A stretch of DNA of 59,969 bases, filler included, from Sphacelaria rigidula (lineage: Eukaryota), in NCBI GenBank assembly GCA_964200075.2. It is 4 parts of 4 records of this genome, joined end to end, with 100 filler letters (N's around TTAATTAATTAA, not from the genome) between each part and the next. Parts side by side here need not be neighbours in the genome. Positions count along the whole stretch, not along the records: positions 15,021 to 29,940 come from CAXNAA020001989.1; positions 30,041 to 44,956 come from CAXNAA020001990.1; 2 more parts are not named here. One strand, given 5' to 3'. The position numbers and the translations under genes are program-made. Below are positions 24,301 to 37,616 of this stretch, piece by piece. Each line of letters begins with the position of its first letter. Positions within the stretch are counted from its first letter, which is position 1. Below the pieces are notes generated by a model. It was not told where the DNA came from. It was given only the letters and a program-made list of their open reading frames with translations, and did not search any database.

Positions 24301-26239
24301 GGGGGGCTTTGATCGTGAAGTACGATCAAAGACAAGCCATCCCTGTAATTATACAGGTTCACATTCGTATCCGACTAACTCTGAACAGACCTACAGTCTT
24401 GTCTACCGGGGTTCCTTATCTACCGGGATTCCCAATACTACCGAAAGCCAGACTTCGACAACGAAACCCAGACTTCGACAACGGGTCTGAAGCGGCATGG
24501 CAACAGGTTAGTATGCATCTTCATGACACTACCCATGTTAGCCAGGTACGTGGTCGCATAGTTTTGCCCTGTACTGTGTGCGGTGGCAGCGTGTTTGCCC
24601 TGTCTGCAACTTTGTACCAACGAACTCTGAGCGCACACTTAGGACTGCTCGAGCATTTGTTCGGATCATTCTTCGTGGGTTCGAATGAATTACTGACCAA
24701 CATACGGGACATCTATGCTGGAGTCACGGTGGGGGCGAAAACGTTTCAACGCCCGGCAATGACGAAGAACCCCTAGTATGATTGATTGATGTGGGACATT
24801 GTGAAAAGTCATTGGCACGGGTCAAGTCGTTTAGATTCGCTCCCGCTCCTCGTCACATTATGTCGCCACTGCATTGGGATCTTCTCATTGGCTTACAATT
24901 CGACACATCACATCTGCTCGACAAGCGGTATCGTCACTTCACGTCACGGGGCAACCTACCTTCACGTCACTTCACTTCATGGGGCAACCTATCGTCACTA
25001 CATGGGGCAAGCAACGTTTCGTCACTACAGTACGAAGGCATCGTGGCTTCTTCACGTCGGCAAATTTGGGGCAACCAGTGCCGTTGCTCGGCAGCAGTAG
25101 ATATACCGATTGTATCAGATACTATATGCCGGGCTCACGCCTCGACTGCTTTGTTTTGTTCACCGTTCCACTACTGTAGCGTTGCGTTTGATTCCTCCCT
25201 TCACAGTAACCTACATTTTATTATTATTTTTCCTCGACTATTTACGTCTTTAGTTATTTCGAAGTGTCGGAATTCTTTCATGTATTTTATTTGTTTTGCA
25301 CCACGACCCTTATTTAAGTATTTGTGGGGATATTTGATTCGTTACGTCATGTTATGTTTTCCCGTTTTTGCCTCCCCTATCTACTCTTCCTCACAGTTCA
25401 TCCTTACTATTTTTGCCTTCCCGCCACTACACTGTTGCACCGATATCTTATATCTCTTCGCTTCTCGTTTTGCTACGGTACTTTTAGAGCAGCACCTTTA
25501 ATGCTGCACATGGACATCAGACGAGCCCGCACCAACACTATGCCTCCCCCGTCCGCTCCTGCCGCTTTTGCTGTTCGATTTTGCTCGCCCCAAACGCACC
25601 GGCGCAATGCCGGGACCCATTTCATGGTCGTTGATACCGCATCACACCACATCAATGATCTGGGGCTTTCCCCCTTCTGTTCTTTGTTTTTTTGTTCCTG
25701 ATTTCCTCTCCGCTTCCTCTATCTTCTATTTCTTTTTCATATAATTAGTAACCTTTTCCGCTACTATACTTTTCTTATTTGCTGCCTTTTCTATACGTTT
25801 TCCTCTCCTCCGCTTGCCCTCCTCACTATTTTTTTCAATTAGCCATCACTTTCCTACGCCGCCACTAGTCTAATTTTGCGACTTTCTACATACTCTTTTG
25901 CCCTCTCCCGCTGGTATTTTTCTTGGGGTTAATTTTTTTCTGTTTTGCTATTACACTGTTTTATACTAGTGATCACTGTCCCTCATCGCCTACATTTAGC
26001 TGTCGTAGACCACGATATCATTTTCTTCTTTCACTGACTCACATATTGGATTTGTTTTTTTCCTCTTGTCCCCTGTCTGCTGTATGGTACCCCTAGATTT
26101 TCCGCCGTTTTTTTCCTCTCGCTCGTTTACATTTTCAATTATATGCTCTCTACTTCCCGTTGTAACTGTACTCTACAGCCATCTTCGCTATTGCAATTGC
26201 TATTTTTATGTTGCAAGCATATAGCTTGTTCATCAATGG

Positions 26240-28870
26240 TGTTTTTTTTGGTGAATATTTTGCGAAGAGCCGTTGCCTGATGTACGGAAGTACACCCCAG
26301 GTTCATCTGTCTTGAGAGACCTGCGATGGCCAACTTGAGGGACGACCACTAAGCGCAACGAAAGCCAAACCGGGGTAACGGGGGAGATCGGGCATCGACA
26401 GCGGCTCCACCAATCGCGGCCAGCAGAGGTTTTGCTAGACATCGGAGAAGGTGGTGTAACTATATGTCGGTACTGTTGTAGCGTAAGGTCAACAAGTGAG
26501 ACGGTACTCTTAACCTTTGCGTGACAGGTGTTTCCGCGCTACCATTCCTGCTCAGAGTAAGGTTCCCCGATGCACATAGTTGGATCCGTGATCGCACCCC
26601 TGCCTCTGACCTCCCTGACCTCCCGACTAACGGGTCCGTAACATACTCGTGAGAGTTATCAAGGTCGACCCAAAAACATTCAGAGTAGATCCCCGTCAAA
26701 CCTCCCTCCCCGGGCAGCACGTCCCAACAGTGTCGCTCGACCCACCCGCCTCCAAGGTAAGCGTATCAATCAAATATGAAATAGGCGGGTGAATCGGAGA
26801 AACGGGAGCTGGTGGACGTCCTGCTGGGCTCTCTCGGCACCGGGCTGTTCTCCACGGACCCGAAGCAGGTTCTGGTCACCATCAACGGTGAGCTAGGACT
26901 ACCCCTCGTTTAGGAGTACTGTACACCATTCACAGCAAACCAACGCCACTCTTTTTTTTGCTGAGTGACGTCACGTAGCTCCCCACGAGGTAGACCCGAG
27001 ACCGCCCGCACAACACAGATCGAGGTCCCGTAACAGGTGTAAGTCTTGGTCATTCCGCACAGTCAGCAAATGAACGAAGGTAGGCGAAGTGCTCTCCGCA
27101 GGAGGGGGAGACGCCTAGTTCATCCACAGACCTCCAACTGGACACAGTGGCGAATGATCGTGCTCTGCAGACCCTCACTACCGCATCCAGTCTGAGCGCC
27201 AGCAAGGAGACCCTCTGCGGGAACAGGTACGGTCAGAACTGAAGGGAAAGCGACGGCCGGAACGGTACAGGGTGAGAGACGATCTGAATACAAAACAGAA
27301 GCGATACCTGGCAGTCGATGACAAGAAGCTGTCGGCTGTTCCCAAAGATAATAATCGACCTGTTAGCACTCGTTCACGTTTTCCATGAAAATTTAGCAGT
27401 GGGCACCACCCTATCCACGACGCGTGACCGCTTCCTTATGTCAACGAGGACGAAAGATACCACGCAAGATGTGCTGAACTGCAGTTGCAGGAGGCCCAAG
27501 AGATCAAGCAGTCACCAATTGGCCATGATGTAGGGGCGTGCGGTAGATCCATGGGACGAGGTGGAGATCAGCTTGCCCACGATTGAGGTAACGTTGCATT
27601 CACATACATAAATCTGTCGGGCAGTGACCTCGTGTCCCGATTTCCATTTGGTTTTCCACAGCCATCGAAACACGCCACGGGGTAGTCCCTGCCCCTGCGG
27701 AATGTGCTTAACTTCCGGTGCCTCTCAAAAGATGCGCTGAACAGAGGCGAAGAGTTAAGCGTGGAGGTAGTCACTCATTTGGGCAGGTGGCTGAAGAAGG
27801 GCATCGCTTTCCGAAGCATCAGATCGCCCACGCGGCCAGAACGCAGTCGTAAGACTTGAGGATGGCTACTGGATACGTTGTCGGAGCTTTGCAAGTCATG
27901 ACGTCAGATGGGGTGAGAACGTCTCACTGGCTCTTTGAATCAAGCGCACATTGCTTGACACGCTGCTTCCCTCCCCGAGTTGCCGTGTCGACGCAAAACC
28001 ACGCATATATCTAAGCTGAGTTGCACCTGTCTCACAAGAAGCAGAACCGAGTATTATACTGGACCCTTTCGTAGAACAGCACGAACAGCACCTATGCGAG
28101 GTAAGACTGATGATGGATCCGGAGAAAGAGATCTCAACGGGTCGGGATGGCAACGGCAGAAAACTGCAGCACTAGTACACGGTACATGGAAAGTTGACAA
28201 GGATCAATGACGGCACGCGGTCTAGAGGTTGTGATGCAAGGGCACAAAATACGTACCGTAAGATAGCCCGCCATAGGTCGAACCGCATATCGTTGCCCGC
28301 CTTACCTGAGATATTCAATCGCTGACAGATTCGCCTAGTTTTCCTGAACACCAGACTTCAAGGCGACGCCAACCTTTAACCCAAAACCCCGCCTCCTTAC
28401 CCTGAAAGACCGTCGCGAGTCTCGATCCAGAAAAAAATTCGGTTGGAAATAGCGAGGAAAGGCTCAGGATGAAGCAATGTCGGAGGGGCTACCAGGAAGA
28501 GGTATCCTGGAAGGCCTCACGCTTCCACGAGTGGACGAGTTCCACGCCCTTTGGCATCTGCACCACCCAGCGAAGGCATCAAGTATGCTATTCCGCCCGA
28601 GCACGCCATGTCCTTCTGTCGCGCAGTGATGCTCTGAACTTGTTCCCCCTAGGTTTCGCATTCTGAAAGGATTTTGACGGAGCGGAGCAGAGAGCACAAA
28701 TGCTCGACGATGGCAGACGCTTCTGGAGAGTGACAAGACGACGGAGACTACGAGGAATCTTCACGAAGGAGCTCCAGCAAGTGGCCCAGAAGAGCGAGCC
28801 TATACATCAACGAAGCAGAGAAAATCATTAACTTTGTACGAAGGAGAGCGCAAGAGACCGTTTCGTGCTG
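26240..28870 (+). mobile_element. Degenerate Ty3/Gypsy pol (RNase H remnant and integrase)
   Basis: Integrase Zn-finger remnant LLALVHVFH..RDRF..VLNCSCRRPKR, then PWDEVEI..VSRFPFGFP..RGEELS..HLGRWL..WLLDTLSELCKS; many stops and frameshifts. Confidence 0.75.
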
Positions 28871-28871
28871 C

Positions 28872-29230
28872 ACTACAGAAGCGAGCAGCAGTTTTTAAAT
28901 TTTTGCTTCAGAGTAATGAGCAGTAGTTCAGAGCAATGCTACGGCAGGGGTGCACTTTTTTCGCGAAATGTTGTCTGGTTCAAGGACTCCTAACGATGCT
29001 AGATGCACAAGAATATGCGTCAGGGCATACCTGTTTGCAGATTCATTAGGACTACAGAAGCGAGCAGCAGTTTTTTAATTTTTGCTTTAGAATAATGAGC
29101 AGTAGTTCAGAGCAATGCTACGGTAGGGGTGCATTTTTTTTGCGAAATGTTGTCTGCTTCAAGGGCTCCTAACAATGCTAGACGCACAAGAATATGGGTC
29201 AGGGCATCCCTGTTTGCAGATTCATTAGGG
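28872..29230. repeat. ~180-bp tandem duplication covering a MITE left end and its flank
   Basis: actacagaagcgagcagcagttttt..gttcagagcaatgctacgg occurs at 28872 and 29051. Confidence 0.85.
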
Positions 29231-29366
29231 ATATCCCCAGCACATTGGAATAATAATCCTGGCGTACTCTCGCATATTTTCATAAGTCGCGTTTTGGACG
29301 AGATAAAGGGCTCCTAACAATTCTAGCCCCAGAAAATATGTGTGTACCCCTTCCGTAGCATCACTC
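29110..29366. mobile_element. Sola-like MITE (GAG..CTC termini, 4-bp TSD)
   Basis: gagcaatgctacggtagggg / ccccttccgtagcatcactc; TSD ttca. Another copy begins at 29850 and is cut by the contig end. Confidence 0.8.
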
Positions 29367-29940
29367 TTCAGTACTGTTACTTTCTTTTCATTGGAACAGC
29401 TGTTCAGTATTTTTTTGTCCCTACTCTCTTCGGGTCTATTTTCACTCGTGTTTTTCCGTTGATCATGAGGTCGGTTATGTATCTGGTTATCGTTTCCGGC
29501 TATATTTCCTCACTTTATACCGATTAATCTTGATTTTATTTTGGGGGCATGGTCCCCCTTCTTGATTTTTTCCCCTTGTTTTTTCGGATCAGAACTTTCC
29601 CCTCAGGTCCGTATCTTTTCTTTTCTCTGTTCGGTTTTCTGGTCTGGATTCCATTTACTCTTTTTTCCTCTTCCGTTTTGGTTTCTCTTGATTTCGTAGG
29701 ACCTGATCCTTTTTCTCGTGTCAGTCGTTTTCTATCTTCTATTTGTTTTCATGTTTCATGAGTTATTTTTTTCGTACTATGGACCTGGTATGTCTTTTCT
29801 AGTTTACCTTCATGTTTCAGTTTCCTTTTCCCCCTCCTCTTTTTTCTTGGAGTGATGCTACGGAAGGGGTACACAAATATTTTCTGAGGCTAGAATTGTT
29901 AGGAGCTCTTTTTCTCATCCAAAACACGACTTATGAAAAT

Positions 29941-30040
29941 NNNNNNNNNNNNNNNNNNNNNNNNNNNNNNNNNNNNNNNNNNNNTTAATTAATTAANNNN
30001 NNNNNNNNNNNNNNNNNNNNNNNNNNNNNNNNNNNNNNNN
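29941..30040. other. Artificial contig spacer
   Basis: N44-TTAATTAATTAA-N44. Confidence 0.97.
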
Positions 30041-30799
30041 TTCCGATATCTGCGCGGTACATTCGTACTTGGCATCTGATGCGGACGCCTTCCGTGGTCA
30101 CAGGCTAGCAAAAAAAATCAGATCAAACTCACAAAACGCGATACAAGCAAAACAGGGATAAATAACAAAGAATAAAGAGAGTACATATGACTAACCTCAG
30201 CAGATCCGGTGCCGCAGGTGGCCATTCGGACTTCAGGGGGTGGCACCCAGCTTTTTAACTATCGCGAAAAAACGCGTGTTTAGATCATATACGGTAGATT
30301 ACACCCTCGATTACGGGGTTTTACTCCGTATTGTTACAATAACTCAGTATCGGGTGGTGTGTGGTGTGTCCTGAACACGACCAGTTTCCTTCACCAACAC
30401 CTACCGATTGTCGAACATTAGGTGAAAATGGCAAATCGCCCGCGTAAAAAAAATGATACTGTACGTGAATCCAGGATGTTGGTTATTATGTGACTACTGA
30501 CTGCGTATGCGGGTCGCCAACATTCTTGACAACGAGGGAACGCTATTGGAGAGAACAACCAAGGCACGAACGGCAACACTACCATACATCGCTGTAAATA
30601 GAATAGTCCAAGCGTACTAGCTGCCGAGGCGGAGGTCCAAAGACATCAAAAGAAGCGTTAATTGTTAATTGTAATTGTACTGACGGTGCCGTTACAACGG
30701 GTGACGGGGAATAACACCCCCTTTGATGACAACTTGTTTTAAAACTACGAATTCAATCTCGAACACTTGCGACGGTCACACCAAGTGGTCAAGCCATAT

Positions 30800-32370
30800 G
30801 GCCTAGGCGCTGAACGCCATGTCATGAAACAAGGTCTCATCTGCACATTTTCGACATAGATCGTATTTCGGGCTGTTCTTCTTGATAGCTAGGGCTGAAC
30901 AAATCACTGCGGGTCGCGGGGGGGTCTTATACTTCGTAACGGTAAAGTACAGTAAACTGCAACTTCGCCGAGACTGACATGTGTACCCACACCTACTCTC
31001 GCTGTTCTTTTTTGACGCCACATCTGAAAACCACCGTCAACATCATAAGCGCACGTACCTCGGGTGGACCAACCAGCCTATACAGTAGGAGCAGTAAAAA
31101 ACTCAACGGGAGCAACATCCACACCCCTCTGGTGCTGAACAGGAGGTCTATGATGAACTGTCGGCGGTTTGTGCTGCACGCTACCGGACCGAGCACCCAT
31201 GAACACCAACTCGAAACCTCTCCCACAACACCGGCTGCTGCATTGCTTCCGCCGCCAGCAACGGGATTAAGCAATCCTGGCGGAAATTTTCCATCGGCGA
31301 AGCGCTCCATCACGTTTGAAATCAGAACTACAAGGGCTGCGCGGGTGTTCGGGGTATACAGGAGTTAGCAGGTACGATGGAAAGAGAGGCGTTATATCGG
31401 AACATTATTACGTAGCACGCGGAGGCATGTTTTGAATGTGTAATCGTACTGTAGTGAGCCTGTAGCCGTTTCCTAAAGAATGAAAACATAAAAAGATCCA
31501 TATCCTTCTACAGGATGACGGTGTTGCAGAGATACGTCGTCGTTGTTTGAAGGATAGAACTATACGGTCAGTATATAAGTGGATGCCAATCATGCCGGAT
31601 TTTGCCGGAAGCCTGCGAAGCCCACCTACCGCAACCGTACAGCGCCAGACCGTCCGTTGTTCCGGCCACAGTTTGTAACAACTTACCAAGTGCATGTCGC
31701 CAGATTTCGATAGACGTCAGGCTTCCGGTGTGAGTTTGTGGCACCATTTTGCCCACATATTTTGTGCCGTTTACGGCTTTTCAACCGACTCCCTATTGCC
31801 TTGAACCCAGGTGCAAGCGCAGGATGTGTGGAAGGAGGACTCGAACCAGCGAGCCGTCTTGTTCAGTGTCTACTTGCGGGTGAAAGCTACTGAGTGATAC
31901 CCAACGACATGTCGAACAAATCGAGGAGAAAAATGTCGCTACCTCGGATTTCCGCGGCAAGGTAGCCATGGGGAGCGGAGCCTCATCCGCGACGGTGAGC
32001 CTTTCCTCGTAGCTGTACGGACATTATTAGTTGATACCTACAGTCGTGGAGCTGCCAAAATATAGTAGTTGCATACAACCACTTGCGAACCTTCCGTGTT
32101 ATGCACTATGGTCCTTCACTCCCAGAGTATAGCTGTACCGTACATATGTATCCATGACTTGCGCATCTGTGGGGCACCCAAGGTCAGTCACAGTGCGAGC
32201 TTTCCACCGTTTGTTGTTGGCGCGCGGTTTGATCGCAGCTTTTTGCTTCGGATCAGTCGTTCAATCCATGCATTTCACGTCGAGGACAGTAGTAGTCTTG
32301 GCGGGCTGTCCACAACTCTGCCGCTCCATGAAGATTGGGATGTGGCGACTTCATCTCGCCGGCTAGGCTA
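30800..32370 (-). pseudogene. Highly decayed DNA-transposase relic, tentatively Zator-like, with a Cys-rich C-terminus
   Basis: Ordered remnants across frames: SWSGRVV, LYS.SEGP/HNT..SQV, RSAPHG, LGYHSVAFTR, GPVACS..RR, FRCG, YTCQS, VICS, LCRKC. Confidence 0.35.
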
Positions 32371-32569
32371 AGTCTTACTACGAGCTGGGCCAGCAGTAAA
32401 TCCCACATTCGCTTTCCACACCACAACTTCTCAAGTTTCCCAAATCAGCGCAACTTGAGCATATCGCTATGAACGGCAGACCAACCTGATGACACACCGC
32501 ACCGCCGCTGAATGAAGAAAAAAAGGGGAAAATGTATCGCATAATATATAACCTTAACGACGTACAAAA

Positions 32570-32652
32570 AAGAGGATCTGTGGGGATTCGAACTCATGAC
32601 CTCCATACCTCCTGGAGTCTCCTGTATCACTTGAGTTGAAGGGATGCGGCCG
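32570..32652 (-). other. Degenerate tRNA-like sequence (SINE head or tRNA pseudogene)
   Basis: caactcaagtga (A-box-like)..gagttcgaatcc (B box), followed by T6; no clean cloverleaf. Confidence 0.4.
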
Positions 32653-33427
32653 TGTCACACGAAACGTGCGACGGAAAGCCCAATTTGATGTTTGTTGGCC
32701 GAAACTTTACCAGGGTGTCGTTGACGCGAGTGTTCGTATGTGTTGGAGCGTTGTCGTCGTTCATATCCATTTTTAAGGAGGGTATAGCGTTTCCCCTGTT
32801 TTTGCTGAAATTTCAACTCGCTCTAACTTCCTGTTTTTTCTTGTTCCTATGCACCTTCAATAATAATAGGGTTGCGCGGGTTGATGATAAAAATGTCGTG
32901 TAATTTTTTCAGCTCCGAAGCCGTCGAATTACCAATGGCATCACCACTCTTCGTTCAAAAATCACGGTCAGCTGGCCCAGCTCGTAGGATGTTGGTTGTT
33001 GCGAACCCTTTTCACACCGCAACACGAGGGACAGCCCGCGAAGTAAACGGCGATTCAGCGCCAGAGCTCAAACATCACCACTGTTGTGCAGTAGTTATTA
33101 TAGTAGTTCCATGCATATGCGTCCATTTGTGACACCTGTGAAAATTGAGTAAGTCGTAATCGTATAGTTGCCAGGTAAGCTGCACGCAGTGTGCCTCGTT
33201 TGTTTGGTTGTATGCCCTCATTGAGTTGGTACAAAGCTATACGGCAAAAAATTTAGGCCTGTCTCGTGCGGTGTTATTGAAAGTTAACTTTCGAGTATCG
33301 CCACCATCCTGTCGCCGGCATATTTACGTCTTGAATGTTGAACTTTGCAGCCATTTTCGGCGGAAGCTTGTGTTGGAGAATTTCGTTCCCATTACTGCTG
33401 TAATATTCATGCAAAAATGCAATCTTT

Positions 33428-34830
33428 CAAGGGCAGGTCGGGTATAGGGTATGTACTTTCGAATACTCGGGTAAAGTACCCGGATATTTACTCTACCTAA
33501 CGTTTCGGTAGAATGGGTACGGCCTCAATACTCCACCAAGGTTTTGGGGAGGTTGAGTACGACTTTAAATCCTCTACCCAAAATCTGAGTAGATTGAGGA
33601 CGACCTCAAATACTCTACCCAATACTGGGTAAGTACTCTCAGTAAAACTTGAGTGTAGATTATCACTCGGGTATGACGTCAAGACTGTAGTCAAATTTTG
33701 TGTAGATTGGGCATATGACATGAAATACTCTACCGAATATTGGGTAAATCATCTCAGTAATACTCAGGTATAGGTAACTACTTAGTTATTTAGGTATGAT
33801 GGGTAACCGTGACCTTTTGGCGACTTCGTGACGTCACTGCACAGACGATGCAGAATATATGGGTGAAGCGTGGCTATCAATGAGATGAGTGACGTTACGT
33901 CAAAGGCTACAATTAGTATGAGCGAACGGTGGCCATAAAACAACAAGAAAAGCGTGCAGGTGCATGAACCTACGTGCCGCACCCCCGGCAGTCCATACCC
34001 ATACCCATAATTCATACTTTGCATCCTCTTCGATATCAGTTGGATTACAAAGCGCTTTTCATCATCATTGGGTAATCGAGTTGACGGGTAGTCGGGTAGT
34101 TATTGTAAAAATGAGCGACTCTACGGGTCGCATATCTGACTCCTCTATGGGAGACCAAGCGGTGGAAACGGTGGAAGATGTGGCAACACCGCAACAGTCG
34201 CGAGGAGAAACAACAGAAGAAGGCGCGACGGGATCAGGAGTGATGGACCTGACCCCAAAACAGGCCCCGGTGGTCCGTGTTGTACAGATCGTTTGGGTTT
34301 CTTGAGTACATACTTGAACACTAAAGTTATACGCCAGGTTTTGGTACATTGGGTCCGTCCGGTAGATTGGGTATGACCTCAGATATTCTACCCGAATTTT
34401 GGGTAGATTGGGTGCGAACTCAAACACTCTACCCATTTTTGGGGTAAATTGAGCATGATCTCAAATGCTCTACCCGATACTGGCTAAGCACTCTCAGCAA
34501 TACCTGGGTATAGAGTATCACTTGGGTACGACCTCAATACGAATTTTTTACTATACCCAAATTTTGGGTAAATTGAGTACGACCTCAAATACTCTACCCA
34601 ATATTGGGTAAGTACTCTCAGTAATACTCGCGTGTAGGGTATCACTTGGGTATGAACTCAATACCTTGCCTTACCCAAAAATTGGGTAGATTGAGTATGA
34701 CCTTAAGCACTCTGCCTATTTTCGGGTAGATTGGGTACGATCTCAAATTCTCTACTCAAAGTTTGGATACTAAGAGTATGACTTTTAAGAAATACCGAGT
34801 ATTGGGTATACTTTACCCGACCTGCCCTTG
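33428..34830 (+). mobile_element. hAT-like internally deleted DNA transposon (1403 bp)
   Basis: 17-bp TIR CAAGGGCAGGTCGGGTA; perfect 8-bp TSD caatcttt; dense TACCC/GGGTA subterminal repeats; unique core with ATG at 34111. Confidence 0.9.
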
Positions 34831-35528
34831 CAATCTTTTCTTCTCAACGGTCTAGTATTATGTCAAGCGTGCGATCTGTTGCAATCGGTCATGTATGTTC
34901 CTCGGACTTTCTATTTTGTGGCAGAAGATCATGCTCTATTCTATTTTCGAAAATCGAAGCTTACTACACTCTGGACAAAAGGCGATAGGCCGTCGCTTCA
35001 CCAGTAGGCGCGAGGGAAAATCTAGAAATTCTAACATACACATACATATTATCGAACACAATAGATGGTAAAACGCGTCCGGTGATATGCCTTGCAAGAG
35101 ACAACGGATGTTGTAAGGGTCGATCAACAGTATACTGCAATTATAATATGTTCATATCACTGGCCATCGATAGACATTGCATGCCGCATTAGATACTTGG
35201 ATGCATCTATCGATAGTAATGACCGTCATCAATACATTTGGTAAGGCATCTATTCATAGCCATTGACGATATCAAAGGATGTAGTGAGTCATCTATCAAC
35301 AGCCATTGGCGTCATCAGTAGATTCGGTAAGCTATCTGTCGATAGCCATTGACGTCATCGATAGATATAGTACACAATCCATCGATAGTCTCTGCCACCA
35401 ACAATGGATCCAGGGGTATCTACCAATAAACATTGCAGTGAACAGCAGATTATTGTAGGGGGCAGCTATCGATAGCCAATGCGGCCAACAAAAAGGTTAA
35501 GAATCAATATATTTGAATATATATTGTT

Positions 35529-35666
35529 CGCACCCTGGACAATAAATCATGTTGTCAACAAGTGTACTGCATATAGTATTGACTATTGCGTCTATTGCAA
35601 TAGACAACATATTCCATACTGTACCCACTACAGTTTTTGACGATTTAATCTATTGTTTAGGGTGTG
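35529..35666. mobile_element. 138-bp mini-MITE, CACACCCTGG family (nested)
   Basis: cgcaccctggacaata / tattgtttagggtgtg; TSD atattgtt/acattgtt. Confidence 0.82.
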
Positions 35667-35856
35667 ACATTGTTCCCTGCAGCGGTCTTACATCGTCAAC
35701 AGCAGTAATTCTAACAGATACTGTACACAAACAACTGCCTGGGGTGATAGCTGGCAACAGCTTCTGTGGAAGGTAGAAACATCCACCGCAAAACGTCTGT
35801 TGCCAGCAACAGGTATTGGTGGCCGCGATTCAGACCCTATTGTGACGAGCAATAGT

Positions 35857-36185
35857 GCACCGCTCTGCCCCGGTGGTGCAAATTATAATGGTTCGACTGT
35901 CAGCGCTAGGGTGGAGGGAACGTTGGTTCGATTGCCGATACGTTGAGTTTTAATTCGAATGATCGATTTCCCACCGTCGAAAGCGTGAGTACGTGAGTGA
36001 ACAAAAAGTAGGTGACTGAGTTTGTTTGAAGAGAGTTGACGCGGTGCGGGAGTGCTGACCCAATCCGCGACACAAAAGTGCAATGCGTATGCCGGGGAGA
36101 GACGGGTTGATCCCTTGAGACCACGGACTCGTCGCGAAGAAGTGGAGGGATTCAAAGTGGGACAAGAAAAAAAATGATAACATAG
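35857..36185 (+). mobile_element. tRNA-headed SINE family 2 (nested)
   Basis: gccccggtggtgcaaatt..ggttcgattgcc head and A-rich tail; interrupts the host ttggtggccgc array. Confidence 0.7.
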
Positions 36186-37072
36186 ACATTGGTGCCCGCG
36201 ATTCAGATTCTATCGTGACCAGCAATACGCATTGGTTGGCCGCAACGCAGATTTTATTGTGGTTAGCAACTCCAAGCCTTTTGCAACAAATAACACAGAT
36301 CAATACACCACTTAACTCCCTCCAATGTCAGGCAATGATTTATTCTGTCCCTTGTCCTCGTTTGTTGTACAATAGCCATTGGTAGACAGTGCCGTCAGTC
36401 GATTGTGACTGACAGCGGACATCGACAGACACATGTTTGGGGCTTTTGTAGCCCCAATGTTCTATCCCTGTCTATTGTCCAGGATGCAAGCACATTTCAC
36501 CAACGCACATAAGTACTCTAAGCGCTCTCGTCCATCAGAGGGAGGGCCTTGAGTACCAGTACCGCACCAATAACAAAACTTGCGAACCTCCGTTCACACA
36601 TATCGCAGACTTCTACAGCATACAGCCGTTCCGAATCTGTCGTGTCGTGACGTCCTTTCCTCCCAAGGATTGTAATCATTCCCATTGATACCCACCGCGT
36701 GTTTAACTGTGGCCTCTCTGCCGTACTTGAGTAGAGTATATACTCTATGCACATCATAGTGCATTGCAGGTTTTGGTAAAAGACGACAGAGGATGTCTAC
36801 CGATAAGCACTGTGTACAACAGTATATTTTGGTATGTATTTATCGATAGCTATTGCCGTCATCGACAGATCTCTTACGTAATCAATCAACAGCCATCGTC
36901 GCCATCAACAGATTTCGTACACGACCTATCGATAGTCATTGCCGTCATCAATACATTTGGAAAAATCTATCTATCGATGTATTCGATCGGTCGCAACAGG
37001 TTTCAGTGAAGGGCCTCGATAGACTGCTGTCAGAGTAATAGTGTGGGGAAGGAACCTACCGATAGACATTAC

Positions 37073-37616
37073 CAAGGTTGTGTTCTGTAGGGTGCGGGTA
37101 TGATCTGCAGGGTATAAAATTCCATACATAACTTACAGAAATACCGGGTATCGGTATGAAAGTTTTACAAAAATTACAGAACTGTCGGGTACCGGTGCTG
37201 GATGAAAGTCCTACAAAAATTACAGAACTTATCGGATATGATATGGGAGGCTTGCAGAAAACCGTACCGGCAATCGGGTATTTTTCAAGAGCATATCCGC
37301 GCTCCGGGTATGGGTAAGTATTCCGTACGGAACTCACAGAACTGCCGGATCATAAGGGTATGGAAGGCTTAAAGAACTCACATAAACTGTCGGGTAGGGT
37401 GTGAAGGTTGCACAGAAAACCGTACCCGCAACCAGGTATCTCATCAATATCATACCCGTGCCCCCCGGAAACGGTGCGGGAGGCATACAGAACTCACAGA
37501 ACAATCAGGTGGGGGTATGAAAGTCTTACATAGTTTACAGAACTGTCAGGTACGGTAAATATCCGGGAAAATACCCCGAGTATACAGAAAACCGTACCCT
37601 ACAGAACACAACCTTG
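37073..37616. mobile_element. hAT-like MITE (544 bp, nested)
   Basis: 21-bp TIR CAAGGTTGTGTTCTGTAGGGT; perfect 8-bp TSD gacattac. Confidence 0.92.

Noticed and set aside
21700-26150. LTR sequences or a gag fragment
   Set aside because: It looks LTR/UTR-like, but no paired LTRs, clear primer-binding site or recognisable protein motif could be fixed.
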